A stretch of 64,000 nucleotides of DNA from an uncultured Verrucomicrobiae bacterium (GCA_963751435.1 CAVVUP010000028.1:42608-106607), one strand, 5' to 3'. Positions 48,925 through 58,383 are shown, counted from the stretch's first letter. Notes: generated by a model from the letters alone, not told the origin. A program made the numbers and translations.

Positions 48925-50681
48925 CTGCACAGCAACAACGCCCTTTGCGGCCTCATGGACGAAAAGGGGCGTCGTCTCCTGCACAAGAAGCTGCCCTGCG
49001 ACTTGGGCGCCATCCTCGAACTGCTCAAACCACATCAGAAACGCATCGCCACCATCGGGATCGAATCCACCTTCAACTGGTATTGGCTGGTGGATGGATT
49101 GCAAGATCACGGCTATCACGTCGTGCTCGCGAACCCTGCCGCCATGCAACCCTACAGCGGCAAGAAGCACACCGACGATGTGTCCGACGCCTACTTTATT
49201 GCCGAACTGCTGCGCTTGGATTTGCTGCCACTGGCCCACATCCCCAACCGCCAGGTTCGTCCGGTGCGCGATCTCCTGCGCCGCCGATTGCTACTGGTGC
49301 GGCAACGCACCACGCTGATCCTGAGCTTCAAGAGCCTCAACGAACGCACCCTCGGCGAGCGCGTGCCCTTGAGCCGTGTCAAGACCATGAAGGCGACGGA
49401 AGCTCAGGCGCGGTTTACCGCCCCCGCCGATCAACTGCTGGGCGGCGAGCAGATCACGCTGATGGGGCATCTGAGTGATTCCATCACCAAGCTGGAGCAA
49501 CACATCCTGGGCGTGACCGGGAAAACCGCCGCCTACCAGCGGCTGCAGGAACTGCCCGGCATCGGGAAGATTCTCGGCCTGACCATCGCGCTGGAAACGG
49601 GTGACGCCAAACGCTTCGCTGCCGCCGGGAACTTTGCCAGCTACTGCCGCTGCGTGAAGAGTCTGCGGCAAAGCAACAGCAAGAAGAAGGGCGAGAACAA
49701 CCGCAAATGCGGCAACAAGTATCTGGCCTGGGCGTTTGTGGAAGCGGCGCACTTCGCCTGCCGCTACGATGAACAGTGCCGCCGTTTCTATGACCGCAAG
49801 AAGCAGCAGACCAATCCGGTCATCGCGACCAAGGCGCTGGCGTGCAAGCTGGCCAAAGCCGCGTGGCATGTGATGGCCGAGGACGCGCCCTACGATGCCG
49901 AACGCGTCTTTGGGCCGGGCAAGAAAACCGATTTAGGGGAGACCGGTCGGGAGCCAGCAAACGGGTCTGGACACGCGAGCCAGCAGAACTGAATGGACCC
50001 GGCGGGTCTCCCCGCCCACCCGCCGCGGCGGGAGTGGCCCAAGGCGAAAGAATTTTTGGTGATTCGACCAGGCTGTGAGTCAACGCGAGTCTGGACGCGA
50101 AACCGGAAGGGGACGCGAGCCACAAGTCATGACCACTGAATGAACACGGCCTGGCACTGAATGTTTTCTGGCTCCCGGAAGATCGGGAGGAGGGCGTGCG
50201 CTGCGCGGGGACGAAAGTCCGCCTGCGGCAGACCGGACTGACACCCAGGCCGGACGCGACACGCTGGAACCAGATGGGTGACTGAACGGATCACCTTCCC
50301 TGCCGGGAAGGTTGCATTCGCCAACAACGACTGAAATGACAGGAAGGAATCGCGCCTTGAACGCCGCCCGCAACGGCCAAGAAAGACAAAGACAGCTTCT
50401 AAGAAAAGAAAGGCTGGCTGACGGAAATCCATTTTTGCATTTGACCGCCCACGCTAATGGGCGACACGTTTTGGTTTGAGACCCTCACAGGTGCTGCTTT
50501 GACAAGGTTCGCTTGGCTCTCCGACTCGTGCCGGGATAGGGGCTTGGTTGCTCCGCGAGCACCAGCGCTCGTTGCTTCACGTCCTGGGGTTGTTCGGTGC
50601 CGCCGGGGTTGGGTGGCGAATTCCGTTGTCTGCACGCCCGCGAGGCAGTAAATAATCTCCAACTTGAGCCCGTTTCGAACA

Positions 50682-51209
50682 ATGGTCTGGGGCAATGCCA
50701 ACCGCCGCATCGCGGTGTTTGCTCTGTTCACCTACGCGCTGGATCAAACGACCAAGTGGCTGGTGCTGCACCTGCTGCCGGAAGGCGGCGAACACGTGGT
50801 CATCGACGGGTTCTTCCGCTTCGTGCATTGGGGCAACACCGGCGCGGCTTGGAGCCTGCTTCGCGGCAACAACGATCTGCTGGCCATCATCGCGCTCGTT
50901 GCACTGCTGATACTCTTTCTCAGCCGGCATCATTTCGAATCGGGCACCCTGCCGGGACAGGTCGCGTTCGGCATGATCTTCGGCGGCATCGTCGGCAACC
51001 TGACGGATCGGCTGCTCCCCTCGCGCCAGCATGTGATCGATTTTCTCTATTTCTACATCCACCGGCCGGATGGCAGCGAGATCGGGTTCCCGGCGTTCAA
51101 CGTGGCGGACAGCGCCATCTGCACCGGCGTGGCCGTGGTGTTCTGGGTCACCTGGCAGGCGGATCGGACCTCGAAACGCAAGCTGGCCGAGGCGGTGGAC
51201 AGCCCTTGA
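50682..51209 (+). CDS. lspA: Lipoprotein signal peptidase (signal peptidase II)
   Basis: It has [35 protein letters not shown] and [14 protein letters not shown]. The ATG is at 50682. Confidence 0.9.
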   Translation: MVWGNANRRIAVFALFTYALDQTTKWLVLHLLPEGGEHVVIDGFFRFVHWGNTGAAWSLLRGNNDLLAIIALVALLILFLSRHHFESGTLPGQVAFGMIFGGIVGNLTDRLLPSRQHVIDFLYFYIHRPDGSEIGFPAFNVADSAICTGVAVVFWVTWQADRTSKRKLAEAVDSP

Positions 51210-51237
51210 TCGAGGATTCGGATTCGGGGTCGTCGCA

Positions 51238-52188
51238 GTGAACGAGCGCGTGGACAGCTTCGTCATCGAACGGTCGCTTCCCCAGGAGCGGTTGGACAGC
51301 TATCTGCGCCAGCGTTATCCCGCCGCCTCGCGCAGTGCCTTCCAACGCCTGATCGACGAGGGACACGTCACCATCGACGGCTCCAGGACCAAGCCCACCC
51401 ACAGCCCCAGGGCCGGCGAACGGGTCGAGGTGCGCTGGCCGGAAGCCCGTCCGGCGGAGGCGCAACCGGAGGAAATTCCATTGGACATCCTGTTCGAGGA
51501 CGAGGTCCTCCTCGTCCTCAACAAGCCGCCGGGCATGGTTGTTCATCCGGCCGCCGGGCACGACGAGCACACACTGGTCAACGCCCTGCTCCACCATTGC
51601 CAGGGGCAGCTCAGCGGCGTGGGCGGGGTCGCGCGACCGGGAATCATCCATCGCCTGGACAAGGACACCAGCGGCTGCCTGGTGGTGGCGAAGACCGACG
51701 AGGCGCATGTGGCGTTGTCACATCAGTTTGCCGGACGAAGCGTCCACAAGATTTACCACGCCGTCGTCTGCGGCGAACTCGCCCATGCACGAGGCGAAAT
51801 CCGGGCCGCTATCGCCCGCCATCCGGCCCATCGCAAGCGCATGGCGGTGGACGAGAATCACGGGCGCATCGCGCACACGAGCTTCCGGGTCCTCGATCCG
51901 CTCAACAGCGCCACCCTCGTGGAGGTCGTCCTGCACACCGGGCGCACCCACCAGGTACGGGTTCATTTCCAATCCATCGGTCACCCCGTGGTCGGCGACC
52001 TCACCTACGGTCAACGCCAGAACCGCCGGCTGACCGAACTCACCGGCTACCACGCGCCGCGACAGATGCTGCATGCGCATGAACTGGGATTCACGCACCC
52101 GCGGTCCGGCCAACGCCTGACATTTCAGGCCCCTCGACCGGGAGATTTCCAGGAGGCCCTCGATGCGCTGCGGACTGGCGGTTCCTGA
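51238..52188 (+). CDS. rluD: RluA-family 23S rRNA pseudouridine synthase (RluD-like, N-terminal S4 domain)
   Basis: The GTG start at 51238 avoids overlap with lspA. It has an S4 region (ERLDSYLRQRY...SRSAFQRLIDEGHVTIDG), the catalytic motif GIIHRLDKDTSGCLVVAK and GRTHQVRVH. Confidence 0.85.
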   Translation: MNERVDSFVIERSLPQERLDSYLRQRYPAASRSAFQRLIDEGHVTIDGSRTKPTHSPRAGERVEVRWPEARPAEAQPEEIPLDILFEDEVLLVLNKPPGMVVHPAAGHDEHTLVNALLHHCQGQLSGVGGVARPGIIHRLDKDTSGCLVVAKTDEAHVALSHQFAGRSVHKIYHAVVCGELAHARGEIRAAIARHPAHRKRMAVDENHGRIAHTSFRVLDPLNSATLVEVVLHTGRTHQVRVHFQSIGHPVVGDLTYGQRQNRRLTELTGYHAPRQMLHAHELGFTHPRSGQRLTFQAPRPGDFQEALDALRTGGS

Positions 52189-52285
52189 ACGGAAGGCGGA
52201 AGGCACCGAAGAGGCCTTGTCCAGATGGAGGTGGAAAACAGTGGCCTGCTCACGGTGGCCTCTGCACGTCTCATGGCCCGCCGGT

Positions 52286-53470
52286 TCACCGGTCTGCGGG
52301 GACGGCATCCACCCGCACGTCGCGGCCATCCTCCAGCACGGCCACGCCTTGCACGCGTCCGGTGGTGAGCCGGACTTCGTTGAGAGATGTGACGTCACCT
52401 GTCCGGATGGCGGTCGGAACCAGAGTGTTGGAGAAGAAGTTGCGACCGACTTCCAACTGCCGCTCGGTCAGGCTCAACTGACCATTGAACAGGATCGTTT
52501 GCCCCAAACTTCGATTCGTGCCGGAAGCTGAGAATGTGTAATTGACCATGGACGATCCGACGGATGCTCCGGCAAGTGATGACGGCTTGGACTCCGCCGA
52601 TGCGGTCCCGGACAACAGCCCGGTGTCCAGCCGCCGTCCACCTGGACTGGACACCTGGTTGGCGACTCCCTGGAGCGTTCCTTCATACGTGGATCCATCG
52701 TCGTCCACCACCCGGACCACCGCGCCCTGGTTGAACAGGGTAAAGTTCCGGAGTACCATCCCCTGCGCCGACGCGGCGTCGGTCGGGACCTTCTCCTTCC
52801 CAACCAAGCCCTTCGCGCTGGAGGCCGACGACATCAGCCGCGTGAATGCCAGGTCTCCCCGCCCTTCAATCGATTGGCTGCTCTTGGCCTCCAATGTGGC
52901 TGTGCCCATGTACATTCCGTCCCTTTCGGACTTGAAATAGTCCGGCCCCACCGCGCTTGCAGATGCCGTATTGGCTGGCTCCCTTGGGCCAGGGGCCGTG
53001 GGCGTCTCGAGGGCTGGACCAAGTCGCGCCTCGGCAGCAGGTGCGGCCTGTGCTTCCACCCGCTCAAGTTCATCGACCGCAGTCCCCCCTGCCAGTCCGG
53101 AAACCGGCTCCTTCGGGGGCGACGCAACGGGAGCCATCGCTTGAAACGCGTCCTGGTCGGCGGGTCCGGCGGAAGACGAATCCTTCTTGTCCTGTGCCAG
53201 GCGCATCGGAACCTGCGCCGTCTCGCGGAACCACAATAGCCAGGCGCAGACCGCCAGCGCCAGAAACACAGCCAGCCTGGGCATCCACCCGATCAGCCAC
53301 CTAAATCCGGTTCTGGACTGGCCGGGCGAACGACCATAGTGCCGTTGCACCTCGGTCCGCAGCATCTCGCGTGTGGCCGGATGCATCTCCGGAGAGCCTG
53401 CCTGTTCCCGCCGCCTGGCCCCGGCAGCCTTGAGCAGTTTCTCAATTTGACGTTCGTTCGTTGCCGACAT
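52286..53470 (-). CDS. Putative anti-sigma factor / membrane protein cotranscribed with the ECF sigma
   Basis: The start is taken at MSATNERQIEKLL (53470), 13 nt after the sigma stop. It has a single TM segment (WMPRLAVFLALAVCAWLLWF) and a low-complexity periplasmic region. The function is inferred from position only. Confidence 0.5.
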   Translation of the reverse strand: MSATNERQIEKLLKAAGARRREQAGSPEMHPATREMLRTEVQRHYGRSPGQSRTGFRWLIGWMPRLAVFLALAVCAWLLWFRETAQVPMRLAQDKKDSSSAGPADQDAFQAMAPVASPPKEPVSGLAGGTAVDELERVEAQAAPAAEARLGPALETPTAPGPREPANTASASAVGPDYFKSERDGMYMGTATLEAKSSQSIEGRGDLAFTRLMSSASSAKGLVGKEKVPTDAASAQGMVLRNFTLFNQGAVVRVVDDDGSTYEGTLQGVANQVSSPGGRRLDTGLLSGTASAESKPSSLAGASVGSSMVNYTFSASGTNRSLGQTILFNGQLSLTERQLEVGRNFFSNTLVPTAIRTGDVTSLNEVRLTTGRVQGVAVLEDGRDVRVDAVPADR

Positions 53471-53483
53471 GGTCCACTGCCTG

Positions 53484-54104
53484 TTAGACGGGAAACAACC
53501 CGATGTTCTCCCGTGCAAAGCTGGCCTTGAGCATCGCCTCCAGGCGGTCGAGGCACCGGCTCAATCTCGAACTGACCGTCTTGGGATTCAGATCGAGGGT
53601 CGCAGCCAGTTCCTCGTAGCTCAGCCCGCCAAAGTAGCGCAACTCGACAATCTCGCGGCACGGCAGGTCCAGTTGCCCAACGGCCTGATGCACCAAGCCG
53701 AGCCGCTCCGCGCTCACCAGCGCGGCGTCAGGGGCCGGGGCCGTGTCCGGGGGGTCCAGCGTAAGACCAGTCTCGGGATCTTCGGCATTCAGGGACACGG
53801 GGGCCTGCCCCCCACCCCGCTTCGCAGCCGACTGCTTTTCCAGGAAATCACGGGCCTTGTTGCCCGCGATCCGAAACAGCCAGGTCTGAAAGGCGCAGCC
53901 TCCTTGAAACGCACCGAGGTTCCGGATCGCCGAAAGGAACGCTTCCTGACAGATCTCCTCCGCATCGGAGGGGGTGAGGTTGAATCCAAGCTGGAACACA
54001 AAGCGGTAGGCTGGAGCATAGTGGCGATCAAACAACTCCTCCCAAGCCCCGCCGTCACCGGCACGACACCGGGCGAGCAATCTGGTTTCCGTCGTATCCT
54101 TCAT
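53484..54104 (-). CDS. ECF-type RNA polymerase sigma-70 family factor
   Basis: It runs from MKDTTETRLLARCRAGDGGAWEELFDRHY. It has region 2 (AEEICQEAFLSAIRNLGAF) and region 4 (CREIVELRYFGGLSYEELAATLDLNPKTVSSRLSR). Confidence 0.85.
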   Translation of the reverse strand: MKDTTETRLLARCRAGDGGAWEELFDRHYAPAYRFVFQLGFNLTPSDAEEICQEAFLSAIRNLGAFQGGCAFQTWLFRIAGNKARDFLEKQSAAKRGGGQAPVSLNAEDPETGLTLDPPDTAPAPDAALVSAERLGLVHQAVGQLDLPCREIVELRYFGGLSYEELAATLDLNPKTVSSRLSRCLDRLEAMLKASFARENIGLFPV

Positions 54105-54248
54105 CCAACCGCTGTGCCTGCCCCATTCAATCCTGTTTAGGGCAGGGCCGCAAGCGGGCAACTCCTCGGATCCACGCCTTTCAGCCTGGGAACCAAAGTC
54201 ACCGCGTCGCGCCGCAACGAGGTGCATTTGTTCGACGCCGCCAGCCGG

Positions 54249-54851
54249 ATGTTGCTGGGAGAAAATCCGCCAAGCCGCAAAACCGGGATTGAAACGCCCT
54301 GCGTGTTGGGCGAATCTCGGTGCGTGAATTGGCTGAGCATTGCCGCCGCACTGGGATTGGGTTGCCTCCTGATACCGGGTTGTTCCCGGCAGAAGGAGAG
54401 CGCCCCGACAGTCTCGACCCTTCCTTCACTTCCGACCCAGGCCCAACCGCGTTTGGCGACCCTGAAGCTTTACGTCGGGCCCGCGGAGTTGACTGCGGAG
54501 ATTGCGCGGCGACCCCAGGAGATCATGGCGGGGATGATGTTCCGCACGAACGTCCCGGAGAATGCCGCGATGCTCTTCGTCCTTGGACAACCGCAACGGG
54601 CGGCCTTCTGGATGAAGAACTGCCCCACCCCGCTCTCGTGCGCTTACATTGATCCGGAGGGTGTCATCCGGGAGATCCGCTCCATGGAACCCTTCAACAC
54701 CAATTCCATCGTGGCTGACTCGCCCGATGTTCTTTTCGTGCTGGAAACGGCGGCGGGCTGGTTTGATCGCAACCACATCCAGACCGGGATGCTGGTGCGA
54801 ACCGAGAGCGGCACGCTCATCGAGACCTTTTTTCAGCCTCGAACGCGTTGA
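54249..54851 (+). CDS. DUF192 (COG1430) family lipoprotein
   Basis: It has a lipobox (LGCLLIPGCS) and DUF192 motifs (MAGMMFRTNVPENAAMLFVL...AFWMKNCPTPLSCAYIDPEGVI). The start could be the ATG at 54249 or the GTG at 54324. Confidence 0.7.
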   Translation: MLLGENPPSRKTGIETPCVLGESRCVNWLSIAAALGLGCLLIPGCSRQKESAPTVSTLPSLPTQAQPRLATLKLYVGPAELTAEIARRPQEIMAGMMFRTNVPENAAMLFVLGQPQRAAFWMKNCPTPLSCAYIDPEGVIREIRSMEPFNTNSIVADSPDVLFVLETAAGWFDRNHIQTGMLVRTESGTLIETFFQPRTR

Positions 54852-54865
54852 GCCGAGCCGAAGGG

Positions 54866-56127
54866 CTATTTTGAGATGTCGAAGCACGCACCCTCCGTGG
54901 TGCTGCGGACGTAAAGGCGTCCGTCGCTGACGATGGGTGTGCTCCAGCATTTACCGCCCAACACCTTGGCCCGCGCGATCTGCGTGTACTTCTCAGGCGT
55001 CGGTTTCACCATGACGATTTCCCCGTAGTCCGTCAGGGCGATCAACCGGCCATCGACCAGGACGACATTGCCCATGCCGAATCCTTGCTGTTCCCAGACA
55101 TCCTCGCCGGTCATCAGGTTGATGCACTTGAGCGGGGCGGTGGCGTGCCGGTTGTGGTTGAAGATGCCGTAGACATAGCCTTCGTGAATTACCGGCGTGC
55201 TCCAATGGTTGAGCTGTTTGTTGGGCGTCCGCCAGACCTCCTCGCTGGACCACCGGTCGCCCGTCTTGCGAATCCGGTAAACCCCCGCTCCCACACCATA
55301 TCCCTGCGACACGTAAACCAGATCCCCGGACACAACCGGGGAAATCGCGCGCGAGGTCCGGTAGGGATACTGCTCTCGCCAGAGGGCTTTGCCCGACTTG
55401 GCCTCCACCCCAACCAGGCCGCTTTGTGTAAAGAAGATCACCTGGCGTACCCCATGGAGGGTGGCGGGTGTGGGGGTGGAATGGGTCATGCCGTCATCCT
55501 CAGACTTCCACACCAGGTTTCCCGTGGCCTTCTCGAACGCAAGCAACGCCTCCCCCGCTCCACCCCCATAAACATAAACCACCCCCCCGTCCACCACCGG
55601 CGATGCCGCGCTCTGCCAGGGGATGTTCTTGCCATGGAAATCCTTGAGCACATCCACGGTCCAAACCGGCTTGCCGGAGGCGGCATCGAAACACAATAAC
55701 TTCATTTGCGACGAATAGGCGTAGACCCGATCCCCATCCACGCTCGGTGTCGACCGCGGTCCGTCCCCCCCTGGTTGTGGGGCGCGCCGGAGTCGCCACC
55801 GCCTTGATAGCTGGCTGCGCACAAAGGTTGAAACCACAGTTCCTTTCCGGTGCCCGCGTCGACCGCCACGACCCCTTCCTGATGAACGGAGTCGATGTTC
55901 CGTCGGACCAGCGTGTAAGCGCGTCCACCGCCCACCGCCAGCGAACTGAAACCGGTGTTGAACGGCCTGCGCCACACCTCGCGCGGCCCTCCGCCGGGCC
56001 ACACGCCGGCGATCTTCTCGGGGGACTGGTTGTTGAAGGTGGGACCGTGATACTGGGGCCAATCCGCGGGAACTCCCGTGGTGCCAAGCAGGAGGAGCAG
56101 CAGCAGGATGGGAGGGATGCGATTCAT
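54866..56127 (-). pseudogene. PQQ-like beta-propeller repeat protein (BamB-like fold), one frameshift near 55785
   Basis: The N-terminus comes from ORF 55702..56676 (MNRIPPILLLLLLLGTTGVPADWPQYHGP...GKELWFQ...YQGGGDSGA). The rest comes from ORF 54866..56173 (PQPGGDGPRSTPSVDGDRVYAYSSQMKLLCFDAASGKPVW...). The junction lies in a GC run next to a C homopolymer. Confidence 0.75.
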
Positions 56128-56319
56128 GATGTTGGTCGAAAACTGCTGAAACGATGACGCAACATCGGGACAAGTCAAACTCTTGAACCCCGCGCTCCCG
56201 GCGCCGGATTCACTTTCCCACCGCTCCCCTCCGCCCCGCCGTGCGCCAAAAAATTCCTCGAATCGGGGGTTGACAGGCAAAACCGCATTCATCAACTTAT
56301 CCGCATCCGTTGATACGAC

Positions 56320-56440
56320 GGACTCATAAGGAGTGGCTGAGGGATCTGGCCCTGTGAAGCCACGGCAACCGGTTGCGGCGCGTCTCGCAATGGCTAGGTG
56401 CCAAATCCAGCCCGGCCCGTTGCCGGGAAAGATGAGGAGA
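56320..56440 (+). promoter_or_regulatory. SAM-I (S-box) riboswitch aptamer
   Basis: The sequence is ctcataaggagtggctgagggatctggccctgtgaagccacggcaacc...ggtgccaaatccagc...gaaagatgag. It matches the conserved S-box blocks: cUUAUcaAGAG-GG-GGAGGGA-UGGCCC-AUGAA-CC-GGCAACC...GGUGCCAAAUCC-GC...GAAAGAUGAG. A TTGACA -35-like hexamer lies at 56270-56275 and a GGAGA Shine-Dalgarno at 56513-56517. Confidence 0.85.
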
Positions 56441-56526
56441 GCACGCGCGACCGGTTCGCCTCTTCTCAATGCTACGGGAAGGGGCTCTTTGCTGCCCAAC
56501 TTCCCCCAGACGCGGAGAACGACATT

Positions 56527-57789
56527 ATGCACCAGAAAACAGGCTTCATGCAGGCGTTGAAGTGTCGGGAGTGCGGAAGGGAATATCCTCTCACAGCCAA
56601 CCACGTGTGCGAATACGACTTCGGCCCACTCGAGGTCGTTTATGATTACGACCGGATCAAACGCTCCCTCAGCCATGCGATCATTGAGTCGCGTCCGAAG
56701 TCCATGTGGCGATACCGCGAGCTACTCCCAATCGCCGGCGAACCCACGGTCGGGCAGCAGGTCGGGTTTACCCCCCTGGTAAGAGCCGACCGCCTGGCTG
56801 CGCGGCTCGGGATACGCGAGCTTTGGATCAAGAATGACACGGTCAATTACCCGACGCTTTCCTTCAAGGATCGCGTGGTCAGCGTGGCGTTGAGCCGCTC
56901 GAAGGAACTGGGTTTCAAGGTGGTGGCCTGCGCTTCCACCGGTAACCTGGCCAACTCCGTTGCCGCGAATGCCGCCTCGGCTGGTTTGAAGGCTTACGTG
57001 TTCATTCCCTCGGACCTCGAGCAGGGCAAGGTGCTCAATTCGCTCATTTACGGCGCCCGGGTGGTGGGGATCAAAGGACACTACGACGAGGTCAACCGGC
57101 TGTGTGCGGAGATCGCCGGCAAGTTCGGCTGGGCCTTTGTCAACGTGAACATGCGCCCCTACTATGCGGAGGGCTCCAAGAGCATGGGCTACGAGATTGC
57201 CGAGCAACTGGGATGGAAGGTGCCGCAGCACACCGTCATTCCCATGGCCTCGGGTTCACTGCTGACCAAAATCCACAAAGCCTACCAGGAATTGGCCAAG
57301 CTCGGGTTGGTGGAGGACACACCGCACCACATCCACGGGGCGCAGGCGACGGGCTGCTCGCCGATCTCGACGGCGCATAAAGCCGGGCTGGATTTCTTCA
57401 AGCCGGTCAAACCGAACACCATCGCCAAGTCTCTGGCCATCGGGACCCCTGCGGACGGTTTTTACGCCCTGCGCGTGATGAGCGAAACGCAGGGGGCGGC
57501 CGAGGACGTCACCGATGATGAGATTCGCGAAGGGATCCGGTTGCTGGCGGAATGCGAGGGCATTTTTGCCGAAACCGCCGGGGGCGTCACGGTGGGCGTG
57601 GCCAAGAAACTGATTGCCTCCGGCAGGATTCCGTCCGATGAATCAGCCGTGCTGTGCATCACCGGTCATGGGTTGAAGACGCTCGATGCCGTGGTGGGCC
57701 ATGTCGGCCACGCGGCGGAAATCAAACCCAGCCTGCGCGAATTCGAGGCCCTGACGGCCCATGAAGACAACACCTTGGTAAACGCCTGA
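56527..57789 (+). CDS. Threonine synthase-family PLP enzyme with N-terminal zinc-ribbon (ThrC-like; candidate O-phosphohomoserine-dependent homocysteine synthase)
   Basis: It runs from MHQKTGFMQALKCRECGREYPLTANHVCEYDFGPLEVVYDYD. It has the PLP lysine region NYPTLSFKDRVVSVAL and ACASTGNLANSVAANAA. It lies directly downstream of the S-box riboswitch. Confidence 0.8.
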   Translation: MHQKTGFMQALKCRECGREYPLTANHVCEYDFGPLEVVYDYDRIKRSLSHAIIESRPKSMWRYRELLPIAGEPTVGQQVGFTPLVRADRLAARLGIRELWIKNDTVNYPTLSFKDRVVSVALSRSKELGFKVVACASTGNLANSVAANAASAGLKAYVFIPSDLEQGKVLNSLIYGARVVGIKGHYDEVNRLCAEIAGKFGWAFVNVNMRPYYAEGSKSMGYEIAEQLGWKVPQHTVIPMASGSLLTKIHKAYQELAKLGLVEDTPHHIHGAQATGCSPISTAHKAGLDFFKPVKPNTIAKSLAIGTPADGFYALRVMSETQGAAEDVTDDEIREGIRLLAECEGIFAETAGGVTVGVAKKLIASGRIPSDESAVLCITGHGLKTLDAVVGHVGHAAEIKPSLREFEALTAHEDNTLVNA

Positions 57790-57791
57790 TT

Positions 57792-58067
57792 ATGTCAAAG
57801 AAAGTCCGCATCCCCACCCCGCTGCGCAAACTCACCAACAACGAGGAACTCGTCGAGGTGTCCGGCTCCACCGTCGGCGAGATCATCGCCGAGCTCCAGA
57901 CCCGTTACCCCGGGTTTCAGGAGCGTTTGCTGGATGAAAACGGCCAGATCCGTCGTTTCGTGAATGTGTACGTCAACGAGGAAGACGTGCGCTTCCTGAA
58001 CAACCAAAACACGGTGCTGAAAGAAGGCGACGAGGTCAGCATCATTCCCGCCATTGCCGGGGGATAG
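57792..58067 (+). CDS. MoaD/ThiS-family ubiquitin-like sulfur-carrier protein (C-terminal Gly-Gly)
   Basis: 91-aa ORF ending ...GDEVSIIPAIAGG-stop. The start is 2 nt after the ThrC-like stop. Confidence 0.8.
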   Translation: MSKKVRIPTPLRKLTNNEELVEVSGSTVGEIIAELQTRYPGFQERLLDENGQIRRFVNVYVNEEDVRFLNNQNTVLKEGDEVSIIPAIAGG

Positions 58068-58074
58068 ACTCCAC

Positions 58075-58371
58075 ATGCCTGCCAAACCGAAATCCGTCCG
58101 CAACCGGGTCCGAACCACGCCCGCCACACCGCAGCAGACGCGGCTGTGGCTGATGTATCCTGCCCGCCTGATCCGCGAGCCCATCATCTGGAAGCTTGGG
58201 CGCAAGTTCCCCGTGGTCACCAACATCCGCCAGGTCAGTGTGACCGACGAAATCGGGATCGTGTGCCTCGAAATCGACGGCAAACGTCAGGATGTGAAGA
58301 AGGCCATCCGCTGGCTGGAAAACCTCGGTGTGAGCGTCGAACCCGTCGAAATCAACGTGATCGAGAGCTGA
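58075..58371 (+). CDS. NIL-domain protein
   Basis: 98 aa from the ATG at 58075. RLWLMYPARLIREPIIWKLGRKFPVVTNIRQVSVTDEIGIVCLEIDGKRQDVKKAIRWLENLGVSVEPVE resembles the NIL domain found at the C-terminus of MetN and in methanogen homocysteine-synthesis proteins. This is from memory, not searched. Confidence 0.6.
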   Translation: MPAKPKSVRNRVRTTPATPQQTRLWLMYPARLIREPIIWKLGRKFPVVTNIRQVSVTDEIGIVCLEIDGKRQDVKKAIRWLENLGVSVEPVEINVIES

Positions 58372-58383
58372 TCGCGGCCTGCG

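Larger units (their letters stand above)
47463..49992 (+). pseudogene. IS110-family transposase gene split after codon 8 by the IS256 insertion (47463-47486 + 48925-49992)
   Basis: Joining the two parts gives MKIMVGID|LHSNNALCGLMDEKGRRLL..., the canonical IS110 N-terminus. It also has ESTFNWYW, HTDDVSDAYFIAELLR and LQELPGIGKILGLTIALETGDAKRF. The N-terminal 54 residues of ORF-track entry 48763..49992 are IS256 end sequence read through. Confidence 0.9.
47288..50134 (+). mobile_element. IS110-family insertion sequence (boundaries tentative), disrupted by an IS256-family element
   Basis: It carries the IS110 DEDD transposase gene. catgacc is present at both candidate junctions (47281-47287 and 50128-50134). 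The native length, after removing the IS256 element and one target-site duplication copy, would be ~1.4 kb, which is typical for the family. The ends are not proven. Confidence 0.45.

Noticed and set aside
50195-50240. GGGGACGAAAGTCCGCC resembles the P4 GGAAAGUCCGG core of bacterial RNase P RNA
   Set aside because: I could not find the other universal blocks nearby on either strand (the ACAGAAxCCGGCUUA-type 3' P4 strand and the GGGUGCC/J11-12 region). The match is one short GC-rich motif in IS-flanking DNA.
51070-51237. Upstream extensions of rluD (51070), the ThrC-like gene (56398), the sigma factor (54227), the GH78-like gene (28474) and gap (45852)
   Set aside because: The extensions overlap the preceding gene or the riboswitch/leader and encode low-complexity sequence. 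Internal ATG or GTG starts give N-termini matching the family (S4 domain, zinc ribbon, sigma region 2, signal peptide, [15 protein letters not shown]).
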